A DNA stretch of 64,000 nt. Source: an uncultured Kiritimatiellota bacterium (GTDB lineage Bacteria > Verrucomicrobiota > Kiritimatiellia > RFP12 > UBA1067). Position 1 is the first letter of the stretch, and every line of letters begins with the position of its first letter. The notes under the pieces are model-generated. The model saw only the letters and a list, made by a program, of their open reading frames with translations, had not been told where the DNA came from and ran no database searches. The stretch covers positions 18,640 to 82,639 of the forward strand of contig CAKTZA010000001.1 in the NCBI GenBank assembly GCA_934635045.1, written 5' to 3'. The position numbers and the translations under genes are program-made. Of the stretch, positions 27,593 to 35,589 are shown piece by piece.

Positions 27593-27860
27593 TCAGCGGA
27601 CCTGTTCGACGGTGAGGTCGTCCACGAGCCACTTGCACTTCCCCTGGCCGCCGAGGTGATGAAGGCCCTGCTCCTTTCCACTTCGTGTCAGTCGCCGATG
27701 TGGAAGGCGCCGAGCGGCAGATCGGCGTCGCCCGCCCAGCCGTTGTAGAGGACCTGCACCTTGTCGGCGTAGGCGTAGCCGTCGCCCGCGCTCTCGCCAC
27801 GCCATGTCTGCGCGAGCGCCGACGCGCCACGATTGGGAGACGTTCTGCCGGGCGTCAGGG
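27593..27860 (-). pseudogene. Possible decayed C-terminal gene fragment (two frames, no start)
   Basis: One - strand frame reads '...GESAGDGYAYADKVQVLYNGWAGDADLPLGAFHIGD*' (stop at 27688-27690). A second frame continues 'HHLGGQGKCKWLVDDLTVEQVR*' (stop 27593). 'W-x-VDD-x-x-V' is typical of the last strand of lectin/LamG-like modules. No ATG or RBS is present. Confidence 0.3.
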
Positions 27861-30800
27861 CTGTCCGTCAAGCGCGATCGACCAGTCGCCCGTCGCGCAG
27901 TTGAAGCGGCAGCGGTACGTCGTGCCGTCGGGCGCGCGGCGCAGGAAGAGGATCTCGTCGTCCGGATCGTCCGGCGTCAGCCAGACGGTCTCGCCCCGCG
28001 CGCCGAACGCCGGCTCGCGCTTGAGCGCGCAGAGGCGGCGGATGACGGACGGCCGGCCCGGCGCGGGCGCCGCGCGCCAGTCGATCGGCGTCGGCCCGAA
28101 GATCGAGTAGCGCCGGTCCCAGCCGATCTCCTGGCCCATCCAGAGCATCGGCACGCCGTCAAGCGCGAACGAGAGCGCGATGCCGCATTCGGCGCGCCTG
28201 TGTCCCCAGCGTGTCTCGTTGCGGCGGGACCCCGAATCCGCCGCCACATCGTGCGTGTCGGTGCAGCGCATCCACGCGACGCCCGCCGGGCCCTGCGCGC
28301 GCTCCTTCTCCCATTGCCGGCGCACATGGCTCGCCGGGAGACGCCCGCCCAGCGCCTCGCAGATGCCGTTGTGGCTCGCGATGAACCCGTAGAGCATGTC
28401 GAACGCCTTTTCGGCGTAGGACGCCTTTGTGCCCTCCAGGAGCATGACGACGCCCTTTTTCGCCGCGTCGATCTCCTGCCGCGCCGCCTCCCAGAAGTCG
28501 AGCGGCACGAGGTCGCCGACATCGCAGCGGAAGCCGTCCACGCCGCAGTCGCGGATCCACATGAGCAGCGAGTCGGTCAGGTAGCGGCGCAGCCCCGCGT
28601 TCGCGAAGTCGAGCTGCGGGAACGACCATTCGCCCAGCAGGAAGCCGCCGTCCGCGTCGCGCTTCACCCAGTCGGGGTGGTCCTTCAGGAAGACCGCCTT
28701 CGGCCCGCAGTGGAAGAAGACGACGTCCGTCATCACCTTCATCCCGAGCGCGTGCGCCGTCTTCACGAAGCGCCGGAAGTCGTCCTTCGTGCCCATCGAC
28801 GGCTCGACGGACATGAAGTCGGCCGGGCGGTACGGGTTGCGCGAGGGGGAAAAGCCGCTCGCCTTCTGCCGCCGGCTCATGTACTTCGGGTCGGCGTCCC
28901 TGTCGGACGCCGTGACCGGGCAAAGGTAGACCCACGTCAGCCCAAGGCCGGCAAGGCGCGGCAGCTCGCGTTCCGCCGCCGCGAACGTCCCCTCGCGCGT
29001 GAAGCTCGCGACGTCAAGCTGGTAGATCGCCTCGTTGAAGAGCGAGGACGGCACTTTCCTCGCGCCAAAGGCGCGGATCTTCAGGTCGCCCCACTGCACG
29101 CACGCGTCGCCCTCGTTCATCGTGAAGGTGACCCACTTCTCGCCCGTCCAGTCCGGCGTGCCGGAAAGGACGCCCGTCTCCGCATCGAACGAGAGCCCCT
29201 TCGGGACGGGCTCGGCGCCAAGGCCCTTGAGGCGGATCTCGTACGGCTTCCGGCTTGCGTAGGAGAACGCATACGAGAACGGCTCGCCCGGGCGCACGCA
29301 GATCGCCGCCGGGCTCGTCATCGCCGGGTACTTCGCCTTCGACCAGTAAGCCGGCGCGTGCGGCTTCGCCGCCACGTGCCGGAACGTGACGGCGTTCGTC
29401 GTCGCGGCGTCGAAGCCGACGAACGCCGTGACCGGGCCGGACTCGTCCGCCCATTCGTGCGCGGCGTTGTAGAGCTTCAGCTCCTCGAAGCCGACCGGGA
29501 AGGAGACCTCGCGCGTCTCGCCGGGCGCCAGCTCGACGCGCCGGAAGCCCTTCAGCTCCCGCTCGCGCGGAATGACGGAGGCCAATTCGCGCCGCAGGTA
29601 GAGCTGCACGACGGCCGCGCCCGCGCGAGGCCCCGTGTTGGAAACGCGCGCCGAGACCGCGCCGTCCGCAAAGACCGGCCGCGAGCAGTCGAACGTCGTG
29701 TAGGAGAGGCCGTAGCCGAAGGGGTACAGCGGCTGCGTCGAGCCGTCCACCCACGCATCGTACATCCACGCGCGGCGTTCGCGATGCGAGAGCGGAATCT
29801 GGCCGATCGCGCGCGGGAAGGTCTGCGGCAGACGGCCGGACGGATTGACGCGTCCCGACAGGACGTCCGCGAGGCCATGCCCGCCCTCCGTCCCCGGGAA
29901 GAACGAGAAGACGACGGCATCCGCCGTCTCGCGCAGATCCGTCAGGATCAGGGGCCGCGCCGCCAGCACGACGGCGACGACGCGCTTGCCCTGCGCCTTC
30001 AGGGCCCTGATCGCGGCGAGCTGGTCGTCCGGCACGACGGGCCGGAGCCGGCTGTGATGCTCGCCGCCCCATGCGACCCGCTCGCCCGCGCAGTAGACGA
30101 CCGTGTCGGCCTCCGCAACCGCCACGAGGTTCGCGCCCCAGGCCTCCAGCAGCCCCTGACGCAGCGTCACCGTCTCGTTCGTGCGGCCCTGCGGCGACCA
30201 GTCGCCGAGCTGATCCTTCGGCGCGTCGGCCAGCGGCCCCGCAACGGCGATCTTCGCCGACGGCGACAGCGGCAGGACGCCGCGCGCGTTTTCGAGCAGC
30301 ACCGCGCCCTCGGCCACCGCGCGCCGGGCGACCGCGCGGTTCGCCGCCGTGAACTGGGCCGCGGCCTCCGCCGCCGCGTCGCAGCCGCGCGCGAACGGGT
30401 CGTCGAAGAGCCCCAGCCGGAACTTGAGCGTCAGGCAGTTGACGCAGGCCGCGTCCAGCAGGTACTCCGCGACCTGACCCGTGCGGACGAGCCCCGGCAG
30501 CTCGTCGCCGTAGATGTCAGAGCGCATGTCCGCGTCGATGCCGGCCTCCAGCGCGCGGCGCGCGGACTCCTGCGGGCCGGACGAGATGCCGTAGCGTTCG
30601 GCGCTTTTGATCGTCTGCCAGTCCGTCATGAGCTGGCCCCGGAAGCCGAGCCCGTCGCGCAGGACGGTCCGGCAGAGGAAGCGGTTGAACGTCGCGTCGT
30701 CCGCGTCGAACGGCGTGTAGGCGCACATCACGGCGTCCACGCCCGCCGCGATCGCCGCGCGATAGGGCGGCAGGTACGTCTCTTCGAGCTCGCGCAGGGA

Positions 30801-31463
30801 GAAGTCCGCCGGATGGTAGTCGCGGCCGGCCCGCAGCGACGCATAGCCCGCGAAATGCTTGACGCAGGCGGCCATGTGGCGGCGGAAGCCCCGGACGCGC
30901 GCGGCCGTCAGCGTCGCCGAGAGGTACGGCTCCTCGCCGCTCGTCTCGCAGATGCGCCCCCAGCGCGGATCGTCCGAGATGTCGCACATCGGCGCGTAGG
31001 TGAGGTGGATGCCGGCGGCGGACGCCTCGCGCGCGGCCATTTCCTCGCAGGCCTCGACGAGCGCCGCGTTCCAGGTCGCGGCCGTGCCGAGCCCGACCGG
31101 CAGCACCGTGCGGTAGCCGTGCGTGACGTCGTGGTGGAAGATGAACGGGATCTTCAGGCGCGACGTCCGCAGCTTGAGCGCCTGCAGCTCGCGCGCCTGC
31201 CGCGCACCGCTGATGTGCATGATCGCCCCGTAGGAACGGCCCTGCGCGAGCCGGTTCGTGAAGGCCGCGTAGAGGTCGGGCTCGTTGACGAAGTGGATCA
31301 GCAGCTCGTCCGCCTTCTCCTCCAGCGTCATCTCCGCCGTCAGCAGCCGCGCACGCTCCTCAGGCGCTTTCGCGCGATCCATCCACAGGGGATCGCCGGC
31401 CGACGACGTCAGCGCGCTCGCAACGATCCACCCAAGGCCAATCCGTTTCATTTTCCGATTCAT
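27855..31463 (-). CDS. Secreted bifunctional-architecture glycosidase: GH3 (BglX-type) N-terminal half fused to a GH13 alpha-amylase-type C-terminal half
   Basis: GH3: 'KIPFIFHHDVTHGY', 'KHFAGYA', 'GFRGQLMTDWQ', plus an FN3-like 'VVQLYLRRELASVIPRERELKGFRRVELAPGETREVSF'. GH13 regions: 'MTDVVFFH', 'VDGFRCDVGDLV', 'VVMLLEG', 'CTDTHD'. An Ig-like linker 'LSFDAETGVLSGTP' joins the halves. Start at Met 31463 or 31451. Confidence 0.85.
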   Translation of the reverse strand: MNRKMKRIGLGWIVASALTSSAGDPLWMDRAKAPEERARLLTAEMTLEEKADELLIHFVNEPDLYAAFTNRLAQGRSYGAIMHISGARQARELQALKLRTSRLKIPFIFHHDVTHGYRTVLPVGLGTAATWNAALVEACEEMAAREASAAGIHLTYAPMCDISDDPRWGRICETSGEEPYLSATLTAARVRGFRRHMAACVKHFAGYASLRAGRDYHPADFSLRELEETYLPPYRAAIAAGVDAVMCAYTPFDADDATFNRFLCRTVLRDGLGFRGQLMTDWQTIKSAERYGISSGPQESARRALEAGIDADMRSDIYGDELPGLVRTGQVAEYLLDAACVNCLTLKFRLGLFDDPFARGCDAAAEAAAQFTAANRAVARRAVAEGAVLLENARGVLPLSPSAKIAVAGPLADAPKDQLGDWSPQGRTNETVTLRQGLLEAWGANLVAVAEADTVVYCAGERVAWGGEHHSRLRPVVPDDQLAAIRALKAQGKRVVAVVLAARPLILTDLRETADAVVFSFFPGTEGGHGLADVLSGRVNPSGRLPQTFPRAIGQIPLSHRERRAWMYDAWVDGSTQPLYPFGYGLSYTTFDCSRPVFADGAVSARVSNTGPRAGAAVVQLYLRRELASVIPRERELKGFRRVELAPGETREVSFPVGFEELKLYNAAHEWADESGPVTAFVGFDAATTNAVTFRHVAAKPHAPAYWSKAKYPAMTSPAAICVRPGEPFSYAFSYASRKPYEIRLKGLGAEPVPKGLSFDAETGVLSGTPDWTGEKWVTFTMNEGDACVQWGDLKIRAFGARKVPSSLFNEAIYQLDVASFTREGTFAAAERELPRLAGLGLTWVYLCPVTASDRDADPKYMSRRQKASGFSPSRNPYRPADFMSVEPSMGTKDDFRRFVKTAHALGMKVMTDVVFFHCGPKAVFLKDHPDWVKRDADGGFLLGEWSFPQLDFANAGLRRYLTDSLLMWIRDCGVDGFRCDVGDLVPLDFWEAARQEIDAAKKGVVMLLEGTKASYAEKAFDMLYGFIASHNGICEALGGRLPASHVRRQWEKERAQGPAGVAWMRCTDTHDVAADSGSRRNETRWGHRRAECGIALSFALDGVPMLWMGQEIGWDRRYSIFGPTPIDWRAAPAPGRPSVIRRLCALKREPAFGARGETVWLTPDDPDDEILFLRRAPDGTTYRCRFNCATGDWSIALDGQP

Positions 31464-31522
31464 CTCAACAGACCTTCCACTGCCCGCCCCTGTCCGAACC
31501 GACACGGACGGTTTCGCGGGCG

Positions 31523-31531
31523 ATTATATCA
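31523..31531 (-). promoter_or_regulatory. Extended -10 promoter element (GH3-GH13 gene)
   Basis: The - strand reads TGATATAAT, about 60 nt before ATG 31463. Confidence 0.5.
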
Positions 31532-31595
31532 AATTCTCCGACACCCCGAAAAGTACCTAATCGGGTAGTGCGACAGGCGGCCGCCCGCCGCGCGC

Positions 31596-32489
31596 TCACT
31601 TCCGCTTCGGCTGCGTCGCTTTCTTCGCGGGCGGCGCGGTCTTCTTGACGGGCGCGAGGGCCGTCTTCTTCTTCACCGCCGCCTTCGGCTTCGTCGCCGC
31701 CGGACGCGCCACGGGCTTGGGCTTGGCCTTGGGCGCGGCTTTCTTCGGCGGCGTCGCGATGCGCGGCGCGAGCTTCGGCGCCGGGGAGACGGGCCTCGGC
31801 GCGCCATAGGCGGCGACCATCGTGTCGATGTTGCCGTACAGCACCTTCTGGAGATACGGGTCGGCCTGCTTCAGCCGCCCGGCGCGCGTGTCCGGGTCGT
31901 AGGCGGGGCGCGTCTTGAGGTCGAGCTGCCGCCGGACGGACGGCATGGCGAAGAGCATGCCGCACCGCTTGCGCCCGCGGTGCCGGTAGCGGTGCCATCT
32001 GTTCGGCGGCCCGTACGCGACGTGGCTGTGGCAGACGACGCGGTGGTCGGGGATGCGGTACATGGACTGGAGCTCCTTCACGAGCGTGCGGATCGCGCGG
32101 ATCTGCACGAGGGGCATCGCCTTGTCGTGATGGCCGACGCATTCGATGCCGATCGAGAACTTGTCGACGTCCTCCTTGCCGCTCCACATCGAGCGGCCCG
32201 CGTGGAACGCCTCGCGGTCGCGGTCGACGATGCGGTAGACGGAGCCGTCCTCGGTCACGCAGAAATGGCATTCGCCGCGTTCCGAAAGCTTGTTGAGGGA
32301 ACTGCGCGCGGGCGCCTCGGTCGTGTGCAGCACGATAAGCTCCGTTGACGCGCGGATCTTGCGTTCGGGGTTGCGCGGCGACCGATAGCGGTTCGAGGCA
32401 TCGATCGCCGGGGCGCTCAACGAGAAAAACGCCAGCGCGAGGGTCAGCAAGACCCCCGTGCGCACGTTGCGTCCTTCTCGAAATGTCAT
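31596..32489 (-). CDS. N-acetylmuramoyl-L-alanine amidase (Amidase_2/PGRP fold) with a Lys/Ala/Pro-rich histone-H1-like C-terminal tail
   Basis: 'ELIVLHTTEAP', 'AFHAGRSMW', 'SIGIECVGHHD'. Tail: 'PPKKAAPKAKPKPVARPAATKPKAAVKKKTALAPVKKTAPPAKKATQPKRK'. Start ATG 32489 lies 6 nt after TGGTATAAT. Confidence 0.8.
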   Translation of the reverse strand: MTFREGRNVRTGVLLTLALAFFSLSAPAIDASNRYRSPRNPERKIRASTELIVLHTTEAPARSSLNKLSERGECHFCVTEDGSVYRIVDRDREAFHAGRSMWSGKEDVDKFSIGIECVGHHDKAMPLVQIRAIRTLVKELQSMYRIPDHRVVCHSHVAYGPPNRWHRYRHRGRKRCGMLFAMPSVRRQLDLKTRPAYDPDTRAGRLKQADPYLQKVLYGNIDTMVAAYGAPRPVSPAPKLAPRIATPPKKAAPKAKPKPVARPAATKPKAAVKKKTALAPVKKTAPPAKKATQPKRK

Positions 32490-32495
32490 GTCGTT

Positions 32496-32504
32496 ATTAT
32501 ACCA
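32496..32504 (-). promoter_or_regulatory. Extended -10 promoter element
   Basis: The - strand reads TGGTATAAT, 6 nt before ATG 32489 (amidase). Confidence 0.55.
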
Positions 32505-32559
32505 TCTCTGCCGTTCGCTGGGCACGCGAACGAGCGTACGCACGTTCGCCGCGCAAATG

Positions 32560-32568
32560 TGCTATAAT
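32560..32568 (+). promoter_or_regulatory. Extended -10 promoter element (mscS), divergent from the amidase promoter
   Basis: The + strand reads TGCTATAAT, 31 nt before ATG 32600, with AAGGA between them. Confidence 0.55.
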
Positions 32569-32599
32569 GGCGGCCTACCCTCAAACAAGGATCACACAC

Positions 32600-33424
32600 A
32601 TGGAAAACATGGCAAGCGAACTCACGAACGTCGTCAACTGGCTGACCGAAAGGGGCCTGACATTCGCCCTCAACCTGGCCAGCGCCCTGGTCATCCTCCT
32701 CGCCGGATGGCTCGCCACGAAGCTCATCGTCGCGGCCGTCGGCAAGGCCGTCGAGAAGGGGCCCCAGAAGAACACGCTCTTCGCCAACTTCATCCGCAAC
32801 GTCACGTCGAAGGTCTGCTGGTCCGTCCTGCTCGTGGTCGTCCTCGGCAAGCTCGGCGTGAACGTCGCGCCGATCATCGCCGGCCTCGGCGTCACGGGGT
32901 TCATCCTCGGCTTCGCCTTCCAGGAATCGCTCGGCAACCTCGCCTCGGGCCTGATGATCGCCATCAACGAGCCGTTCAAGATCGGCGACTACGTCATCGT
33001 CGCCGGGAACGAGGGCACCGTCCAGAAGGTCGACATGATGGCGACGGTGCTCACGACGGGCGACAACAAGAAGATCATCATCCCGAACAAGAGCGCGTGG
33101 GGCAGCCCGATCGTCAACTTCTCGGCCCTCGGACGCCGCCGCGTCGACCTCAAGATCGGCATCGACTACTCGTGCGACGTCGCGAAAGCCATCCGCGTCG
33201 CCCTCGAGACGCTGCCGACCGTGCCGGGCGTACTCGCCGAGCCGGCCCCGGCGGTGTTCGTCGCCTCGCTTGACGACAGCCAGGTCACGCTCAACATCCG
33301 CCCGTGGACGGATGGCTCGACGTACTGGACGGTCTACAACGACGTGCAGATCGCCATCAAGACGGCGTTCGAGCGCAATGACATCGCCATCCCCTTCCCG
33401 CAACTCACGATCCATTCGGTCTGA
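32600..33424 (+). CDS. mscS: Small-conductance mechanosensitive channel (MscS family)
   Basis: 'IIAGLGVTGFILGFAFQESLGNLASGLMIAINEPFKIGDYV'. Start ATG 32600 (MENMASE...) is preceded by AAGGA and the TGCTATAAT promoter. Confidence 0.9.
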   Translation: MENMASELTNVVNWLTERGLTFALNLASALVILLAGWLATKLIVAAVGKAVEKGPQKNTLFANFIRNVTSKVCWSVLLVVVLGKLGVNVAPIIAGLGVTGFILGFAFQESLGNLASGLMIAINEPFKIGDYVIVAGNEGTVQKVDMMATVLTTGDNKKIIIPNKSAWGSPIVNFSALGRRRVDLKIGIDYSCDVAKAIRVALETLPTVPGVLAEPAPAVFVASLDDSQVTLNIRPWTDGSTYWTVYNDVQIAIKTAFERNDIAIPFPQLTIHSV

Positions 33425-33441
33425 CGCGGCCGGCTGACCGG

Positions 33442-34296
33442 TCAGGCCCTGCCGACCGAGCCGAAGAGCCGGAGCTTCTCCGCGACGACCGCCTTGATCG
33501 CCGCGACTTTCGCCTTGCGCGTGTCGAGGTAGTCCCACGTCACGATCTTCGTGCGGTCGTGCGCGTCGCACGACTCGTACATCGCGCGCATGCCCGCGCA
33601 GACCATGTCGGTGTGGATGTTCATCTTCGCGACGCCGCGCGCGATCGCGTTGCGGAAGTCGTCCGCCGAAAGCCCCGACCCGCCGTGCATCACGAGCGGA
33701 CACGCCACGGCGGCGTTCAGCTCCGCAATGCGGTCAAGCTGGATGCAGGGCTTCGACTTGTAGACGCCATGCGCGTTGCCGACCGCGACGGCGAGCGCGT
33801 CGACGCCCGTCTTCGTCTGGAAGTCGACCGCCTCGGCGACCGTCGTGTACTGCCCGTTCCTGTCGTCGCCCTCCTGCGCGAGGCCGACATGGCCGATCTC
33901 GCCCTCGATCGTCGCGCCGAAGGCGTGGGCGATCTTCGTGACCTCGGCCGTCTCGGCGACGTTCGTCGCATAGTCCTTCGCCGAGGCGTCGTACATGACG
34001 GACGAGAAGCCCTCCTTCAGCGCCTCCATCGTCTTCTCGAACGTGAGGCCGTGGTCGTAGTGCACGACGACCGGCACCGACGCGCGCTTCGCCGCCGCGA
34101 CGAGCGCCGGGGCGATGAGCGGCAGGTCGCCGTAGGGCAGCAGGACTTCCGCCGTGCCGATGATGATCGGGCTCCGCAGCTCCTCGGCGGCGGAAATCGC
34201 AGCCTCCAGCATGTCGGTGTCATGGGTGTTGAAGAGGCCGACCGCATACTTTTCGGCCTTCGCCCTCTTCAGGACTTGATCGAGATTGACGAGCAT
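33442..34296 (-). CDS. Class II ketose-bisphosphate aldolase (fructose/tagatose-1,6-bisphosphate aldolase family)
   Basis: 284 aa. 'PVVVHYDHG', 'IEGEIGHVG', 'VAVGNAHGVY', 'LVMHGGSG'. Confidence 0.9.
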   Translation of the reverse strand: MLVNLDQVLKRAKAEKYAVGLFNTHDTDMLEAAISAAEELRSPIIIGTAEVLLPYGDLPLIAPALVAAAKRASVPVVVHYDHGLTFEKTMEALKEGFSSVMYDASAKDYATNVAETAEVTKIAHAFGATIEGEIGHVGLAQEGDDRNGQYTTVAEAVDFQTKTGVDALAVAVGNAHGVYKSKPCIQLDRIAELNAAVACPLVMHGGSGLSADDFRNAIARGVAKMNIHTDMVCAGMRAMYESCDAHDRTKIVTWDYLDTRKAKVAAIKAVVAEKLRLFGSVGRA

Positions 34297-34328
34297 TTTC
34301 AGAAACCTTTCATTCGTTCAGTTCCCGT

Positions 34329-34337
34329 AGTATAGCA
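34329..34337 (-). promoter_or_regulatory. Extended -10 promoter element (aldolase)
   Basis: The - strand reads TGCTATACT, 32 nt before ATG 34296. Confidence 0.45.
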
Positions 34338-34388
34338 AATTTTCGGTTCTGCAGACGGGCGAACCGACCCAGCGAACCCAGCGGTTTT

Positions 34389-34397
34389 TGGTATACT
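34389..34397 (+). promoter_or_regulatory. Extended -10 promoter element (mnmA)
   Basis: The + strand reads TGGTATACT, 19 nt before ATG 34417. Confidence 0.5.
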
Positions 34398-34416
34398 ACT
34401 CGCCCAAAAGGGAAAA

Positions 34417-35373
34417 ATGAGAATTGCCGTCGGAATTTCGGGCGGAGTCGATTCCGCCGTCTCGGCCTTGCTTCTGAAGGAGCAGGGGCACGAAGTCATT
34501 GGCGTCACGATGTCGCTGGGCCGTGCGGACGAGGCGAAGACGCAGGCCGAGGCGCGCGAAGTCGCCGACCGGCTCGGCATCCGATTCGCCGTCGCCGACC
34601 TCGCATCCGACTGGGCGCGCGACGTTTTGCGCTACGTGTCGGACGAGTATCGCGGCGGGCGGACGCCGAACCCGTGCATCCGCTGCAACGAGCGCGTGAA
34701 GTTCGGGCTTCTGCCGCGCTGGGCGTTCGCGACGCTCGGCTGCGACCGCTTCGCGACGGGGCACTACGCGCGGCTTGTGCCGGGGCCGGACGGCCGTGTG
34801 CGCCTCTTGCGGGCGGTCGACAAGTCGAAAGACCAGTCCTATTTTCTCTACCGCCTCGCGCCGGACATTCTCGCGCGAACCGTCTTTCCGCTGGGCGCGC
34901 GGACGAAGACCGAGGTGCGCGCGATTGGACGCGCGGCGGGGTTCGCCGCCGCCGACCGTGCGGACAGCCAGGACTTCTGCGGCGGCAACGTGCGGACGCT
35001 CATCGGCGCTGCGCCGCGCACGGGCGCGATCGTCCGCGCGTCGGACGGCAAGGTGCTCGGTACGCACAGCGGCTACTGGAACTACACGATCGGCAAGCGC
35101 AAGGGCCTCGGCATCGGCGGCGGCACGCCCTACTACGTGATTGGGCTCGACGCCGCGCGCAACGAGGTTCGGGTCGGCACGAAGGAAGAGGCCGTCCGCT
35201 ACGACCTGGAACTGCGCGACTGCGTGGGCGAGATCGACCTGTCGCTGCCCGTCAAGGTGCGGAGCGCAGGCGAGCCGCGCCTGTTGAAGGACGGCATCGC
35301 GGGCCTTGCGCCGGGGCAGTCCGCCGTCTTCTACCGGGGGGACGAGGTCGTGGGCGGTGGTATCATCGCCTGA
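34417..35373 (+). CDS. mnmA: tRNA 2-thiouridine(34) synthase MnmA (short form)
   Basis: PP-loop 'IAVGISGGVDSAV', catalytic 'TPNPCIRCNERVKF', and 'ATGHYAR'. Confidence 0.9.
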   Translation: MRIAVGISGGVDSAVSALLLKEQGHEVIGVTMSLGRADEAKTQAEAREVADRLGIRFAVADLASDWARDVLRYVSDEYRGGRTPNPCIRCNERVKFGLLPRWAFATLGCDRFATGHYARLVPGPDGRVRLLRAVDKSKDQSYFLYRLAPDILARTVFPLGARTKTEVRAIGRAAGFAAADRADSQDFCGGNVRTLIGAAPRTGAIVRASDGKVLGTHSGYWNYTIGKRKGLGIGGGTPYYVIGLDAARNEVRVGTKEEAVRYDLELRDCVGEIDLSLPVKVRSAGEPRLLKDGIAGLAPGQSAVFYRGDEVVGGGIIA

Positions 35374-35377
35374 ATTG

Positions 35378-35386
35378 TGGTACAAT
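35378..35386 (+). promoter_or_regulatory. Extended -10 promoter element (small membrane protein and proA)
   Basis: The + strand reads TGGTACAAT, 8 nt before ATG 35395. Confidence 0.45.
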
Positions 35387-35394
35387 ACGAAACC

Positions 35395-35574
35395 ATGAAG
35401 AAAGAAGCGTTGGTTTTCCTTGCGGTGGTCGTCGTCTCGCTCGTGACGGCGCACATCTGCCACACCCATTTCCCCGGCGTCGCGCCGATGATCAAGCCGA
35501 TGGCCTGGCCGTTCGTCTGCCTTGCGGTTCTGCTCGTGCGGCGGCTCGCGGCGCAGCGGAAGCGCGACCGCTAA
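35395..35574 (+). CDS. Small (59-aa) two-TM membrane protein with an H-x-C-H-x-H cluster
   Basis: MKKEALVFLAVVVVSLVTAHICHTHFPGVAPMIKPMAWPFVCLAVLLVRRLAAQRKRDR. The ATG lies 8 nt after TGGTACAAT (35378-35386), suggesting a leaderless transcript. Confidence 0.55.
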   Translation: MKKEALVFLAVVVVSLVTAHICHTHFPGVAPMIKPMAWPFVCLAVLLVRRLAAQRKRDR

Positions 35575-35589
35575 ACGGGAGGCACGACG

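Noticed and set aside
33434-33445. 12-nt perfect palindrome CTGACCGGTCAG between the convergent mscS and aldolase genes, considered as a bidirectional terminator.
   Set aside because: There is no loop, since the palindrome is contiguous, so the effective stem is only about 4 bp. It also overlaps the aldolase stop codon. It is too weak to call.
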